A stretch of 64,000 nucleotides of DNA. Origin: Faecalimonas sp. (GTDB taxonomy: Bacteria; Bacillota; Clostridia; Lachnospirales; Lachnospiraceae). Position 1 is the stretch's first letter, and every line of letters begins with the position of its first letter. The DNA is taken from assembly GCA_045648005.1 (NCBI GenBank), contig JAZRND010000050.1, positions 4,458 to 68,457 on the forward strand, read 5' to 3'. The translations under genes were made by a program, and so were the position numbers. The notes beneath the pieces were generated by a model. The model searched no databases and was not told the origin of the DNA. It saw only the letters and a program-made list of their open reading frames with translations. This document shows positions 30,075 through 38,480 of the stretch, in pieces.

Positions 30075-30719
30075 ATGGTGTATTTGTATTTGACAGATGT
30101 TTCCAGGTTGCCGGACCCTCTGGAATTCAAAAAACTTCTTCAAAGCGTATCGTTTGAAAGGCAGATAAGAATTCAAAGAATGAGGTCTTTGGCGCATCGT
30201 AAACAAAGCCTGGGCGCAGGACTTTTGTTGCAAATGGTGTTGCAAAAGTATGGATTTTCGCAGGAGCAGCTTACAATTGGTTCGTCAGGAAAACCTATGT
30301 GTGAAGGGCTACATTTCAATTTATCTCATTCGGGCTCATTGGTTATTTGTGCAGTGGGAGACACACCGGTTGGGTGCGATGTAGAACAGTTGCGAGAAGC
30401 ACCAAGAAAACTAGCTAGTCGTTTCTTCTGTGAAAATGAGAAGGACTACCTGAATGCATGCGATTCCGACATTTATGATAAAGAGTTTTATCGCATGTGG
30501 ACTAGGAAAGAGAGTTATATGAAGTTCACTGGAGAGGGTATCGGGCTACCACTAAATGCTTTTGAGATTGTGCAAGGTGATACAATAGGAATCTTGCGTA
30601 ATGGGAATTTGGTGGATTGTAAGATTCACGAATACGAAGTGCCTGGATATTGCATTAGTGTATGCACGAAAGATGCAGAAATGAAAATATGCCCGGTGGA
30701 AGTGGTGAAAAGTAAATAA
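30075..30719 (+). CDS. 4'-phosphopantetheinyl transferase (Sfp-type)
   Basis: GKP, FNLSHSG, VGCDVE, WTRKESYMK. Confidence 0.9.
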   Translation: MVYLYLTDVSRLPDPLEFKKLLQSVSFERQIRIQRMRSLAHRKQSLGAGLLLQMVLQKYGFSQEQLTIGSSGKPMCEGLHFNLSHSGSLVICAVGDTPVGCDVEQLREAPRKLASRFFCENEKDYLNACDSDIYDKEFYRMWTRKESYMKFTGEGIGLPLNAFEIVQGDTIGILRNGNLVDCKIHEYEVPGYCISVCTKDAEMKICPVEVVKSK

Positions 30720-30733
30720 GGAAATGAATGAAC

Positions 30734-30767
30734 AAAATGCAAGTGGTAGACGCCACTTGCATTTTTT
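30734..30767. terminator. Bidirectional terminator
   Basis: AAAATGCAAGTGG-TAGACG-CCACTTGCATTTT perfect 13-bp stem. Confidence 0.8.
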
Positions 30768-30781
30768 GCGCGTAAATATAT

Positions 30782-31132
30782 TTATCTTCTTTCTGTCAAT
30801 TTTGAAAAATACGCCAATAATCTTTCTTTGGAACTTTCATCGGCGTTGCAATAAGTTTCAACCAAAGAGAAGAGTTCCGGTTCAGATTCGGAATTCACCC
30901 AATATGTATTTGGAGTAGGATTATCTGTTTTGTTAGTCAGATAATCAGCAGATGTACCAAGCACATTTGCCATAAAATGAATTACTTGGATTGATGGTGT
31001 ACGTTCGCCGGATTCATAGCGCAAATAAGCAGGTTGAGACATTTGCATACGCTTGGCAGCTTCTTGCTTGGTGATACCAAGGGCCTTTCTGCATTCTATC
31101 AGTCGTTCGCAGTTCAGAGTTGTGGTGTTCAT
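30782..31132 (-). CDS. XRE-family helix-turn-helix regulator
   Basis: RKALGITKQEAAKRMQMSQPAYLRYESGERTP...LGTSADYL. Confidence 0.9.
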   Translation of the reverse strand: MNTTTLNCERLIECRKALGITKQEAAKRMQMSQPAYLRYESGERTPSIQVIHFMANVLGTSADYLTNKTDNPTPNTYWVNSESEPELFSLVETYCNADESSKERLLAYFSKLTERR

Positions 31133-31184
31133 AGTTGATTTCCTCTCTTCTAAATTAAATTAATATAATTATATCACGTTTTTC

Positions 31185-31231
31185 TTGACTATGCCAATGG
31201 AATATTTTAAGATAAATATACCATTGGCATA
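31185..31231 (+). promoter_or_regulatory. Sigma-A promoter embedded in an 18-bp inverted repeat (probable operator)
   Basis: TTGACT(31185)-N17-TAAGAT(31208). Arms TATGCCAATGGAATATTT (31190-31207) and AAATATACCATTGGCATA (31214-31231), one mismatch. Confidence 0.75.
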
Positions 31232-31269
31232 AAATGAGGCAAAGACAAATTTAGAAGGGGAGGAAACAA

Positions 31270-32334
31270 ATGAGAGAAGAAAGTACAAAGGAAATGAAAG
31301 AGACCGTCACAGATGAAGAAAAACGAGAAATAATTTTGATTGATGAGGAATTGTTGAGGAGCAAGATTTATGAGATTCGCGGACAGAAGGTAATGTTAGA
31401 CTTTGAATTGGCTGAGATATATGGCTATACAACAACTCGATTTAATGAGCAGGTAAAAAACAATATAGAAAAATTTGATAGCGATTTTATGTTTGAATTA
31501 ACGAAAGAGGAATTTGAAAACTTGATGTCGAAAAATTCGATATCAAGTTGGGGTGGACGAAGAAAACGACCAAAGGTTTTTACAGAGCAAGGTGTTTATA
31601 TGCTGATGACCGTTTTAAGAGGAGACCTAGCAACGATGCAAAGTAAAGCATTAATCCGTACATTCAAGAAGATGAAAGATTACATTATTGGTAATCAGAA
31701 TCTCATTGGCCAAAGGGAGTATTTATTGTTGTCTATGCAGATGTCGGAGAATTTGTATACCACAATGGAATTGCGTTCCGATTTAACAGATGTTCAACAA
31801 CGGATGGCCAATGTGTTAGATCAGCTGGGAGATTTTGTGACGCATTCGGAATTACATGCAATGATGCCTGGTTTTGAAGAAGATGAAGATAAAAGAGGAT
31901 ATCTTTTGTTAAATGGAAAACCATTTTGGGGAGACCTTGTGTATGATGAAATCTACAGTAGAGCTAGGCATACTATTTACATTGTGGACAATTATATTGG
32001 GATTAAAACGTTAGAGAAGTTGATTGATATTCCAAAGGGAGTAAAAGTTTCTATTTTTAGCGATAATCTCTCAAAGTTAGCCAATAATACATATTTAGAC
32101 TTTTGTAAAGAGTATCCGAATATTACAATAAATTTATATCAATCCGGAGGAATTTTCCATGATAGATATATCATTTTGGATTATGATACCACAGATGAGA
32201 AAATTTTTCTTTGTGGAGGCTCGTCCAAGGATGCAGGTGGAAAAATCACTTCAATATTAGAAGATAAGGATAGAAGAAAATATCAAGGAATGATACAGGA
32301 TTTGTTAAAGAATCCAGAATTAACATTGAAATAA
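31270..32334 (+). CDS. ORF6N DNA-binding domain protein with C-terminal PLD-like domain
   Basis: IRGQKVMLDFELAEIYG..FNEQVKNNIEKF..DFMFELT..GGRR..FTEQGVYML (ORF6N); C-terminal IVDNY...FHDRYIILD...GGSSKDAG. Confidence 0.85.
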   Translation: MREESTKEMKETVTDEEKREIILIDEELLRSKIYEIRGQKVMLDFELAEIYGYTTTRFNEQVKNNIEKFDSDFMFELTKEEFENLMSKNSISSWGGRRKRPKVFTEQGVYMLMTVLRGDLATMQSKALIRTFKKMKDYIIGNQNLIGQREYLLLSMQMSENLYTTMELRSDLTDVQQRMANVLDQLGDFVTHSELHAMMPGFEEDEDKRGYLLLNGKPFWGDLVYDEIYSRARHTIYIVDNYIGIKTLEKLIDIPKGVKVSIFSDNLSKLANNTYLDFCKEYPNITINLYQSGGIFHDRYIILDYDTTDEKIFLCGGSSKDAGGKITSILEDKDRRKYQGMIQDLLKNPELTLK

Positions 32335-32353
32335 AAATGCTTCACATCGATAG

Positions 32354-32382
32354 TCATACACATGATTTCCCCCGCATACATT
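32354..32382 (+). promoter_or_regulatory. Sigma-E type promoter of spoIIID
   Basis: TCATA-N16-CATACATT matches the SigE consensus; spoIIID is SigE-dependent in Bacillus and Clostridium. Confidence 0.65.
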
Positions 32383-32413
32383 GTAAAAAAGCAATCATGC
32401 AGGGGTTTTATTT

Positions 32414-32680
32414 GTGAAGGAATACATTGAAGAACGAGCAATGGAAATTGCAAATTATATCATAGAAAACAATGCGACGGTAAGGCAGACAGCAAAGGCA
32501 TTTGGAATAAGCAAAAGTACGGTACATAAAGATGTAGCAGAGCGCCTTTCTCAAATCAATCCGGGATTAGCCAATGAGGTGCGAAAAGTACTAGACGTGA
32601 ATAAATCCGAGCGACACATTCGAGGAGGATTGGCAACGAAAGAAAAATATTTGCATATGGAACATAAAAATAATTGGTAG
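32414..32680 (+). CDS. spoIIID: Sporulation transcriptional regulator SpoIIID
   Basis: YIEER...TVRQTAKAFGISKSTVHKDV.ERL...RHIRGGLATK.KY. Confidence 0.97.
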   Translation: MKEYIEERAMEIANYIIENNATVRQTAKAFGISKSTVHKDVAERLSQINPGLANEVRKVLDVNKSERHIRGGLATKEKYLHMEHKNNW

Positions 32681-32706
32681 GGTGTTGTATAACCCTGCCA
32701 ATTTTT
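32672..32706 (+). terminator. Terminator after spoIIID
   Basis: AATTGGTAGGGT...ACCCTGCCAATT plus T-tract. Confidence 0.65.
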
Positions 32707-32768
32707 GTAGAAAATGCACAAAATTTGGAAATGAAAATTCAAAATCTATACAAAATTACAAAAAACGC

Positions 32769-32828
32769 TTGCAATTAAGAATGAAACGTTATATAAATGT
32801 ATTATAAGGATTTGGAAACGTTTCCAAA
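32769..32828 (+). promoter_or_regulatory. Promoter plus LacI-family operator of the sugar ABC operon
   Basis: TTGCAA-N17-TATAAA; perfect 18-bp palindrome TTTGGAAACGTTTCCAAA at 32811-32828 (LacI-type AAAC-GTTT core); weaker TGAAACGTTA in the spacer. Confidence 0.8.
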
Positions 32829-32851
32829 CAGAGAATAAGGAGGACTAAATC

Positions 32852-34144
32852 ATGAAAAAATTATTATCAATTCTTCTTGTAAGCATTATGGCTTTATCCT
32901 TATTAGCAGGATGCGGTAAGAAAGAAGACAAAGGTTCAGTTTATTACTTGAACTTCAAACCAGAGCAAGACAAGCAATGGAAAGAATTAGCTAAAATTTA
33001 CAAAGAGAAAACAGGTGTAGACGTAGTTGTTGAAACAGCTGCTTCTGGACAGTATGAAACTACATTAAAAGCAGCAATGGCAAAAACAGATGCACCGACA
33101 ATGTTCCAAGTCAATGGACCAGTTGGATTACAAGCATGGAAAGATTACTGCTATGATTTGAAAGGTTCTGGTATTGCAGCTGAATTGTCAAGCGACGAAT
33201 TCGCTTTGATGGACGGCGACAAGATGGCTGGTATTGCATACGTTATCGAAACATACGGAATTATTTATAACAAAGATTTACTTACAAAAGCAGGTGTTGA
33301 TCCAGCAAACATCAAATCTTTCGCAGACCTTAAAAAAGTTGCAGAAGACATCACAAAACGTAAAGCAGAATTAGGATTTTCAGCATTTACATCAGCAGGT
33401 ATGGATGGCTCATCTGACTGGAGATTCAAAACTCATTTAGCAAACTTACCGATTTACTACGAATACAAATCAGACGGAATCGGAACAACAGATGCGATTA
33501 AAGGAACATATTTAGATAATTATCGTCAAATTTGGGATCTTTACATCAACAATGCAACATGTGAACCTACAGTTCTTTCTACAAAGACAGGTGATGATGC
33601 AGTTGCAGAATTCAAATCAGGTAAAGCTGCGTTCTATCAAAATGGAACATGGGCATATGGCGATGTTGCAGATCTTGGCGATGAAAACCTTGGAATGCTT
33701 CCAATTTACATTGGTGTAGATGGTGAAGAAAATCAAGGACTTTGCACAGGTACAGAGAACTATTGGTGTGTAAACGCAAAAGCTGATGAAAAAGACATCC
33801 AAGCAACTCTTGATTTCATGAAATGGTGTGTAACAGATGAAGTTGCAGTAAAAGCTATGTGTGGAACAGACAAAGCAATGCCATCAGGCGAAGCTGGTAT
33901 GGGATTTGTAATTCCTTTCAAATCTTGTTTGGAATCTACAAACGTACTTGTTAACCAAGCTAGCAAATATGTAGCTGACGGAAAAACTTCTGTTTCTTGG
34001 AACTTCCCAACAATGCCATCAGAAGAATGGAAGAATGGTGTTGGTTCAGCTCTTACAGGTTATGCAGCAGACCAAACAGATGCAAACTGGAAGAAAGTTG
34101 TAGATGCATTTGTTCAAGGATGGGCATCTGAAGCAAAAAAATAA
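32852..34144 (+). CDS. Carbohydrate ABC transporter substrate-binding lipoprotein (probably maltooligosaccharides)
   Basis: Lipobox LAGC; CUT1 SBP features (YYLNFKPE, YNKDL, FYQNGTW); in an operon with malQ. Confidence 0.88.
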   Translation: MKKLLSILLVSIMALSLLAGCGKKEDKGSVYYLNFKPEQDKQWKELAKIYKEKTGVDVVVETAASGQYETTLKAAMAKTDAPTMFQVNGPVGLQAWKDYCYDLKGSGIAAELSSDEFALMDGDKMAGIAYVIETYGIIYNKDLLTKAGVDPANIKSFADLKKVAEDITKRKAELGFSAFTSAGMDGSSDWRFKTHLANLPIYYEYKSDGIGTTDAIKGTYLDNYRQIWDLYINNATCEPTVLSTKTGDDAVAEFKSGKAAFYQNGTWAYGDVADLGDENLGMLPIYIGVDGEENQGLCTGTENYWCVNAKADEKDIQATLDFMKWCVTDEVAVKAMCGTDKAMPSGEAGMGFVIPFKSCLESTNVLVNQASKYVADGKTSVSWNFPTMPSEEWKNGVGSALTGYAADQTDANWKKVVDAFVQGWASEAKK

Positions 34145-34173
34145 TAAACTAAATTTAGATACTTAAAATAATT

Positions 34174-34204
34174 TAGTGGGCGAGCAATTTGTGCACGCCC
34201 ACTA
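34174..34204 (+). other. Intercistronic stem-loop after the SBP gene (likely mRNA-stabilising or attenuating)
   Basis: TAGTGGGCG-N13-CGCCCACTA without a long U-tract. Confidence 0.6.
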
Positions 34205-34232
34205 TTTATATAAAAAGGAGGAAACTTATTTT

Positions 34233-35075
34233 ATGGAAAATGCAATTAAGAAGCATTGGCCGGTATTTGTCTTGCCTACCTTGGCAGCATTTATCATAGG
34301 CTTTATTGTTCCATTTGCAATGGGAATATGGCTATCTTTTTGCGAGTTTACAACTGTTACGGATGCGAAGTTTGTAGGCTTTGATAATTATATTAAAGCT
34401 TTTCAAGACAAAGAATTCTTTCATTCGTTTTGGTATACTGCCTTGTTTGCAATTGTTTCTTTAATTGTAATCAATGTTATCGCATTCCTATTAGCAATGG
34501 CTTTAACACAAAAGATGAAAGGTACAAATATTTTCCGTACGATTTTCTTTATGCCAAACTTAATTGGTGGAATCGTATTAGGTTATATTTGGCAATTAAT
34601 TTTTGATGGAATCCTCGTTCAATTTGATACAGCGTTAAAACTCAATGAATGGTATGGCTTTGCAGGTCTTATTATACTGGTAAGCTGGCAACAAATCGGA
34701 TATATGATGATTATTTATATTGCCGGACTACAGGCTATTCCGGGAGCAGTTATGGAAGCATCACAAATTGATGGAGCAAATGGTCTTCAGAGATTGTTCA
34801 AGGTTACAATCCCGATGATGATGCCATCCATTACGATTTGTATGTTCTTGTCTATTACGAATGGATTCAAACTTTTTGACCAGAACCTGTCATTAACAGC
34901 AGGCGAACCGATGAAAATGTCGGAAATGATGGCACTGAATATCTACAATACATTCTATGGTCGCGTAGGCTGGGAGGGTGTAGGACAAGCGAAAGCAGTA
35001 CTGTTCTTCTTATTAGTTGTAGGTATTGGATTGTGGCAAATCAAAGCCACACGTTCAAAGGAGGTGCAACAATAG
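34233..35075 (+). CDS. Sugar ABC transporter permease (MalF/UgpA-like)
   Basis: FVGFDNY; EAA motif EASQIDGA. Confidence 0.92.
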   Translation: MENAIKKHWPVFVLPTLAAFIIGFIVPFAMGIWLSFCEFTTVTDAKFVGFDNYIKAFQDKEFFHSFWYTALFAIVSLIVINVIAFLLAMALTQKMKGTNIFRTIFFMPNLIGGIVLGYIWQLIFDGILVQFDTALKLNEWYGFAGLIILVSWQQIGYMMIIYIAGLQAIPGAVMEASQIDGANGLQRLFKVTIPMMMPSITICMFLSITNGFKLFDQNLSLTAGEPMKMSEMMALNIYNTFYGRVGWEGVGQAKAVLFFLLVVGIGLWQIKATRSKEVQQ

Positions 35076-35912
35076 ATGAAAGCAAAAAAAGCACTCAATT
35101 GGCTGGGCACCATCTTCTTCAGCATAGTAGGTCTTGTATATATTGCACCGATTATTATTGTACTCATCAACTCTTTTAAAGAGAAAACGTATATCAACTT
35201 GGAACCATTTAAACTTCCGGTGGAAGCGACTTGGAATGGTTTCAAAAACTATACAAGTGCAATTAGTGACTATGGTTTTCTTGATGCAGTAGGCTGGACT
35301 GTATTTATCACAGTTGCATCAGTTTTAGTGATTTTACTATGTACATCAATGTGTGCTTGGTTTATCACCCGCGTACAAGGGAAATTTTCTAATTTCATGT
35401 ATTTATTGTGTGCGTTCTCAATGGTAGTACCTTTCCAAATGGTGATGTTTACTCTTGCGTTGGTATCTGACCGTTTGCAGCTTAACACACCTTGGGGCAT
35501 TGTAATTATTTACCTTGGATTTGGAGCAGGTCTTGCAGTTTTCATGTTCTGTGGATTCGTTAAATCGATTCCGTTGGAAATCGAAGAAGCGGCAATGATT
35601 GACGGATGTTCGCCGATTAGAACCTTTTTCAACGTGGTGTTACCAATTATGAAGCCGACCTATATTTCTGTAGGTATTTTGGAAACTATGTGGATATGGA
35701 ATGACTTCTTGCTTCCTTATCTCGTTCTTGACACAAGAAAGTACAAAACAATTTCGATTGTGGTACAATACATGAAAGGTAGTTACGGAAGAGTAGATAT
35801 GGGAGCTATCATGGCTGCACTTATTATGGCAGTTATTCCTGTTATTGTATTTTATCTCTCTTGCCAGAAACACATCATCAAAGGTGTTGCGGCAGGAGCA
35901 GTAAAAGGTTAG
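35076..35912 (+). CDS. Sugar ABC transporter permease (MalG/UgpE-like)
   Basis: EIEEAAMIDG, WNDFL, QKHIIKG..AGAVKG. Confidence 0.92.
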   Translation: MKAKKALNWLGTIFFSIVGLVYIAPIIIVLINSFKEKTYINLEPFKLPVEATWNGFKNYTSAISDYGFLDAVGWTVFITVASVLVILLCTSMCAWFITRVQGKFSNFMYLLCAFSMVVPFQMVMFTLALVSDRLQLNTPWGIVIIYLGFGAGLAVFMFCGFVKSIPLEIEEAAMIDGCSPIRTFFNVVLPIMKPTYISVGILETMWIWNDFLLPYLVLDTRKYKTISIVVQYMKGSYGRVDMGAIMAALIMAVIPVIVFYLSCQKHIIKGVAAGAVKG

Positions 35913-35922
35913 GAGTTTACGA

Positions 35923-36942
35923 ATGACAATCAAAGACATTGCAAGAGAATCAGGCTATGCGGTAGGAACCGTTTCTCGGGTGCTCAATCATCAGCCTGGT
36001 GTTTCAGAAGAAGCTAGACGAAAGGTTATGGAAGTGGTTGAGAAATATCACTTTATCCTGAATAACAATGCCAAGTTGTTGAAACAACATTATAATAATG
36101 GAGTTGCCCTTATTGTTAAAGGGACGAAAAATATGCTTTTTGCCGGTTTGGTAGAAATGTTGCAGGGACTGATTCGCACAAATGGATACGATTGTTTACT
36201 TTACTATATCGGTGAAGATGGACATGAAGTTGAACAGGCATTACAAATCTGTAGAGATCGACAACCAATGGGCATTCTCTTTTTAGGAAGTAACATGGAA
36301 AATTTTAAGGAAAGCTTTGGACTTATGAACATTCCTTGTGTGTTGGTTACGAACTCGGCGCGTGGTTTGGAGTTTTCGAATCTTTCCAGTGTTAGTATCG
36401 ATGATAAAGGTGCGGGGAAAAAGGCGGTTGAATATTTGATTTCCCAGGGACACAAGAAAATCGGAATTTTGGCAGGCGAAATGAGGCATTCAAATCCGGC
36501 TAAATTCCGATATATTGGTGGTCTGGCAGCAATGAAAGAGAATGACATTCCGTTTGATCCAGAGAAGCAATTGGCATGCTCTTATTTCACGATAGATGGT
36601 GGATATAAGGCTATGAAGTTCTTGCTAGAGAAAACACCGGAACTTACCGCAGTTTTTGCCATGTCAGATGTTACGGCACTTGGTGCCATACGAGCCATCA
36701 AAGATGCAGGATTACGGGTGCCGGAAGACATTTCAGTAGTCGGGTTTGATGGGATTGAAATGGGTCAGTTTACTGTGCCGAAGTTGACAACCATTCAGCA
36801 ACCGAGCGAAGAGATAGCAAAACGTTGTGTAACGATTTTGTTAGAAAATATTGAAGAAGAAAGACCTGCAGTGAGAGAAGAATTATCGTTCTCGCTTATT
36901 GTAGGAGAGAGTACCAAAAAAATATCATCGATGGGAGAGTGA
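35923..36942 (+). CDS. LacI family transcriptional regulator
   Basis: MTIKDIARESGYAVGTVSRVLN; VPEDISVVGFD. Confidence 0.95.
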   Translation: MTIKDIARESGYAVGTVSRVLNHQPGVSEEARRKVMEVVEKYHFILNNNAKLLKQHYNNGVALIVKGTKNMLFAGLVEMLQGLIRTNGYDCLLYYIGEDGHEVEQALQICRDRQPMGILFLGSNMENFKESFGLMNIPCVLVTNSARGLEFSNLSSVSIDDKGAGKKAVEYLISQGHKKIGILAGEMRHSNPAKFRYIGGLAAMKENDIPFDPEKQLACSYFTIDGGYKAMKFLLEKTPELTAVFAMSDVTALGAIRAIKDAGLRVPEDISVVGFDGIEMGQFTVPKLTTIQQPSEEIAKRCVTILLENIEEERPAVREELSFSLIVGESTKKISSMGE

Positions 36943-38432
36943 TCGTTTTGAGAAAAAGCGGAGTATTGATGCATCTGTCCTCTATTTCGTCTCCATATGG
37001 AATTGGAACCATGGGAAAGATGGCCAGAGAATTTGTTGATTTCTTAAAAGCAAGCGGTCAAACATGTTGGCAGTTACTACCAATCTGTCCCACCAGTTAT
37101 GGTGACTCGCCGTATCAGTCCTATTCTACCTTTGCAGGAAATCCGTATTTTGTCGATTTAGATGAACTGGCAGAGAAAGGACTGTTAGAGAAAGCAGATT
37201 ATGCAAGTGTTGATTGGGAAAGTTCAGAAGATAGAGTAAACTTCGGGGCACTATATCAGAAGAGATATCCATTACTTCATAAAGCTGTCGACAAGTTTTT
37301 AGAGTGCCCGCCAGATGGATTTGCAACATTTTGTGAAGAACAGAACTTTTGGTTAGCAGACTATGCTTTGTTTATGGCGTTAAAAGATGCCCATGCGGGT
37401 GCATCTTGGAGCGCTTGGCCGATAGTTTTGCGCAATCGTGAGAAGGATGCATTAAGGGCAGCAGAGAAAATATATGAAAAACACATACAATTTTGGAAGG
37501 TAATACAGTTCCTTTTCTTTGAACAGTGGAAGGGATTGAAAGCCTACGCCAATGGAAAAGGTATTGAAATTATCGGGGATCTTCCGATCTACGTGTCATT
37601 AGACAGCGTGGATGTATGGGCTCATCCAGAACTCTTTCAATTAGATGAAAATAAAGTGCCGAAAGAGGTGGCAGGATGTCCACCGGATGGATTTTCAGCA
37701 GATGGTCAATTATGGGGGAATCCATTGTTTGACTGGAATTACATGGAAGAGACCGGCTATGTTTGGTGGATACAGCGCATTCAATATTTGTGTAAGGTAT
37801 ATGATGTTCTTCGAATAGATCACTTTAGAGGATTTGATGCGTATTATGCAATTCCTTATGGTGATGACACTGCGAAAAATGGACATTGGAAACAGGGACC
37901 TGGAATGAAGTTATTCCGTGCAGTGGAAGAGGCAATAGGAAGACAGAATATTATTGCGGAGGACTTGGGACATCTGACAGATTCCGTGAGACAGTTATTA
38001 AAGGATAGCGGTTTTCCGGGAATGAAGGTGTTGCAATTTGCATTTGACAGGCGCGACCCAAGTGGCATTGATTATTTGCCGCATAACTTCATTGAAAACT
38101 GTGTAGCTTATACTGGTACCCATGATAATGACACCATTATTGGCTGGTTCCAAGAAGCTAACAATGAAGATACTACTTACGCAAGAGAGTATCTCCATAT
38201 TACGGATGATGAGGACTTGAACTGGAAGATGCTAGATACTCTTTGGGAGAGTGTGGCAAATCTTACGATTGTGCAAGCGCAAGATTTGCTTGGACTTGGA
38301 AGTGAAGCTCGTATGAATGAGCCGTCTACGGTGGGTAAAAATTGGCAGTGGCGTGCGAGACCAGGTGTATTTACCAAGAAATTGGCAGAAAAGATTTACG
38401 AGAAGATGCGTCTTTATAAAAGAATAGGATAA
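36939..38432 (+). CDS. malQ: 4-alpha-glucanotransferase (GH77), copy 2
   Basis: DSPYQS, GCPPDGFSADGQLWGNPL, RIDHFRGF, AEDLG, YTGTHDN. Confidence 0.95.
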   Translation: MIVLRKSGVLMHLSSISSPYGIGTMGKMAREFVDFLKASGQTCWQLLPICPTSYGDSPYQSYSTFAGNPYFVDLDELAEKGLLEKADYASVDWESSEDRVNFGALYQKRYPLLHKAVDKFLECPPDGFATFCEEQNFWLADYALFMALKDAHAGASWSAWPIVLRNREKDALRAAEKIYEKHIQFWKVIQFLFFEQWKGLKAYANGKGIEIIGDLPIYVSLDSVDVWAHPELFQLDENKVPKEVAGCPPDGFSADGQLWGNPLFDWNYMEETGYVWWIQRIQYLCKVYDVLRIDHFRGFDAYYAIPYGDDTAKNGHWKQGPGMKLFRAVEEAIGRQNIIAEDLGHLTDSVRQLLKDSGFPGMKVLQFAFDRRDPSGIDYLPHNFIENCVAYTGTHDNDTIIGWFQEANNEDTTYAREYLHITDDEDLNWKMLDTLWESVANLTIVQAQDLLGLGSEARMNEPSTVGKNWQWRARPGVFTKKLAEKIYEKMRLYKRIG

Positions 38433-38446
38433 AGTTCATTATGACA

Positions 38447-38480
38447 GCAAGAAAGGTATGCGTACTCGCATACCTTTTTA
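38447..38480. terminator. Bidirectional terminator T (left border of the AraC-GH2 cassette)
   Basis: AAAGGTATGCG-TACT-CGCATACCTTT. Confidence 0.8.

Noticed and set aside
30782-32334. Prophage or integrative element
   Set aside because: No integrase, structural genes, tRNA target or flanking att repeats seen; kept only as a two-gene module.
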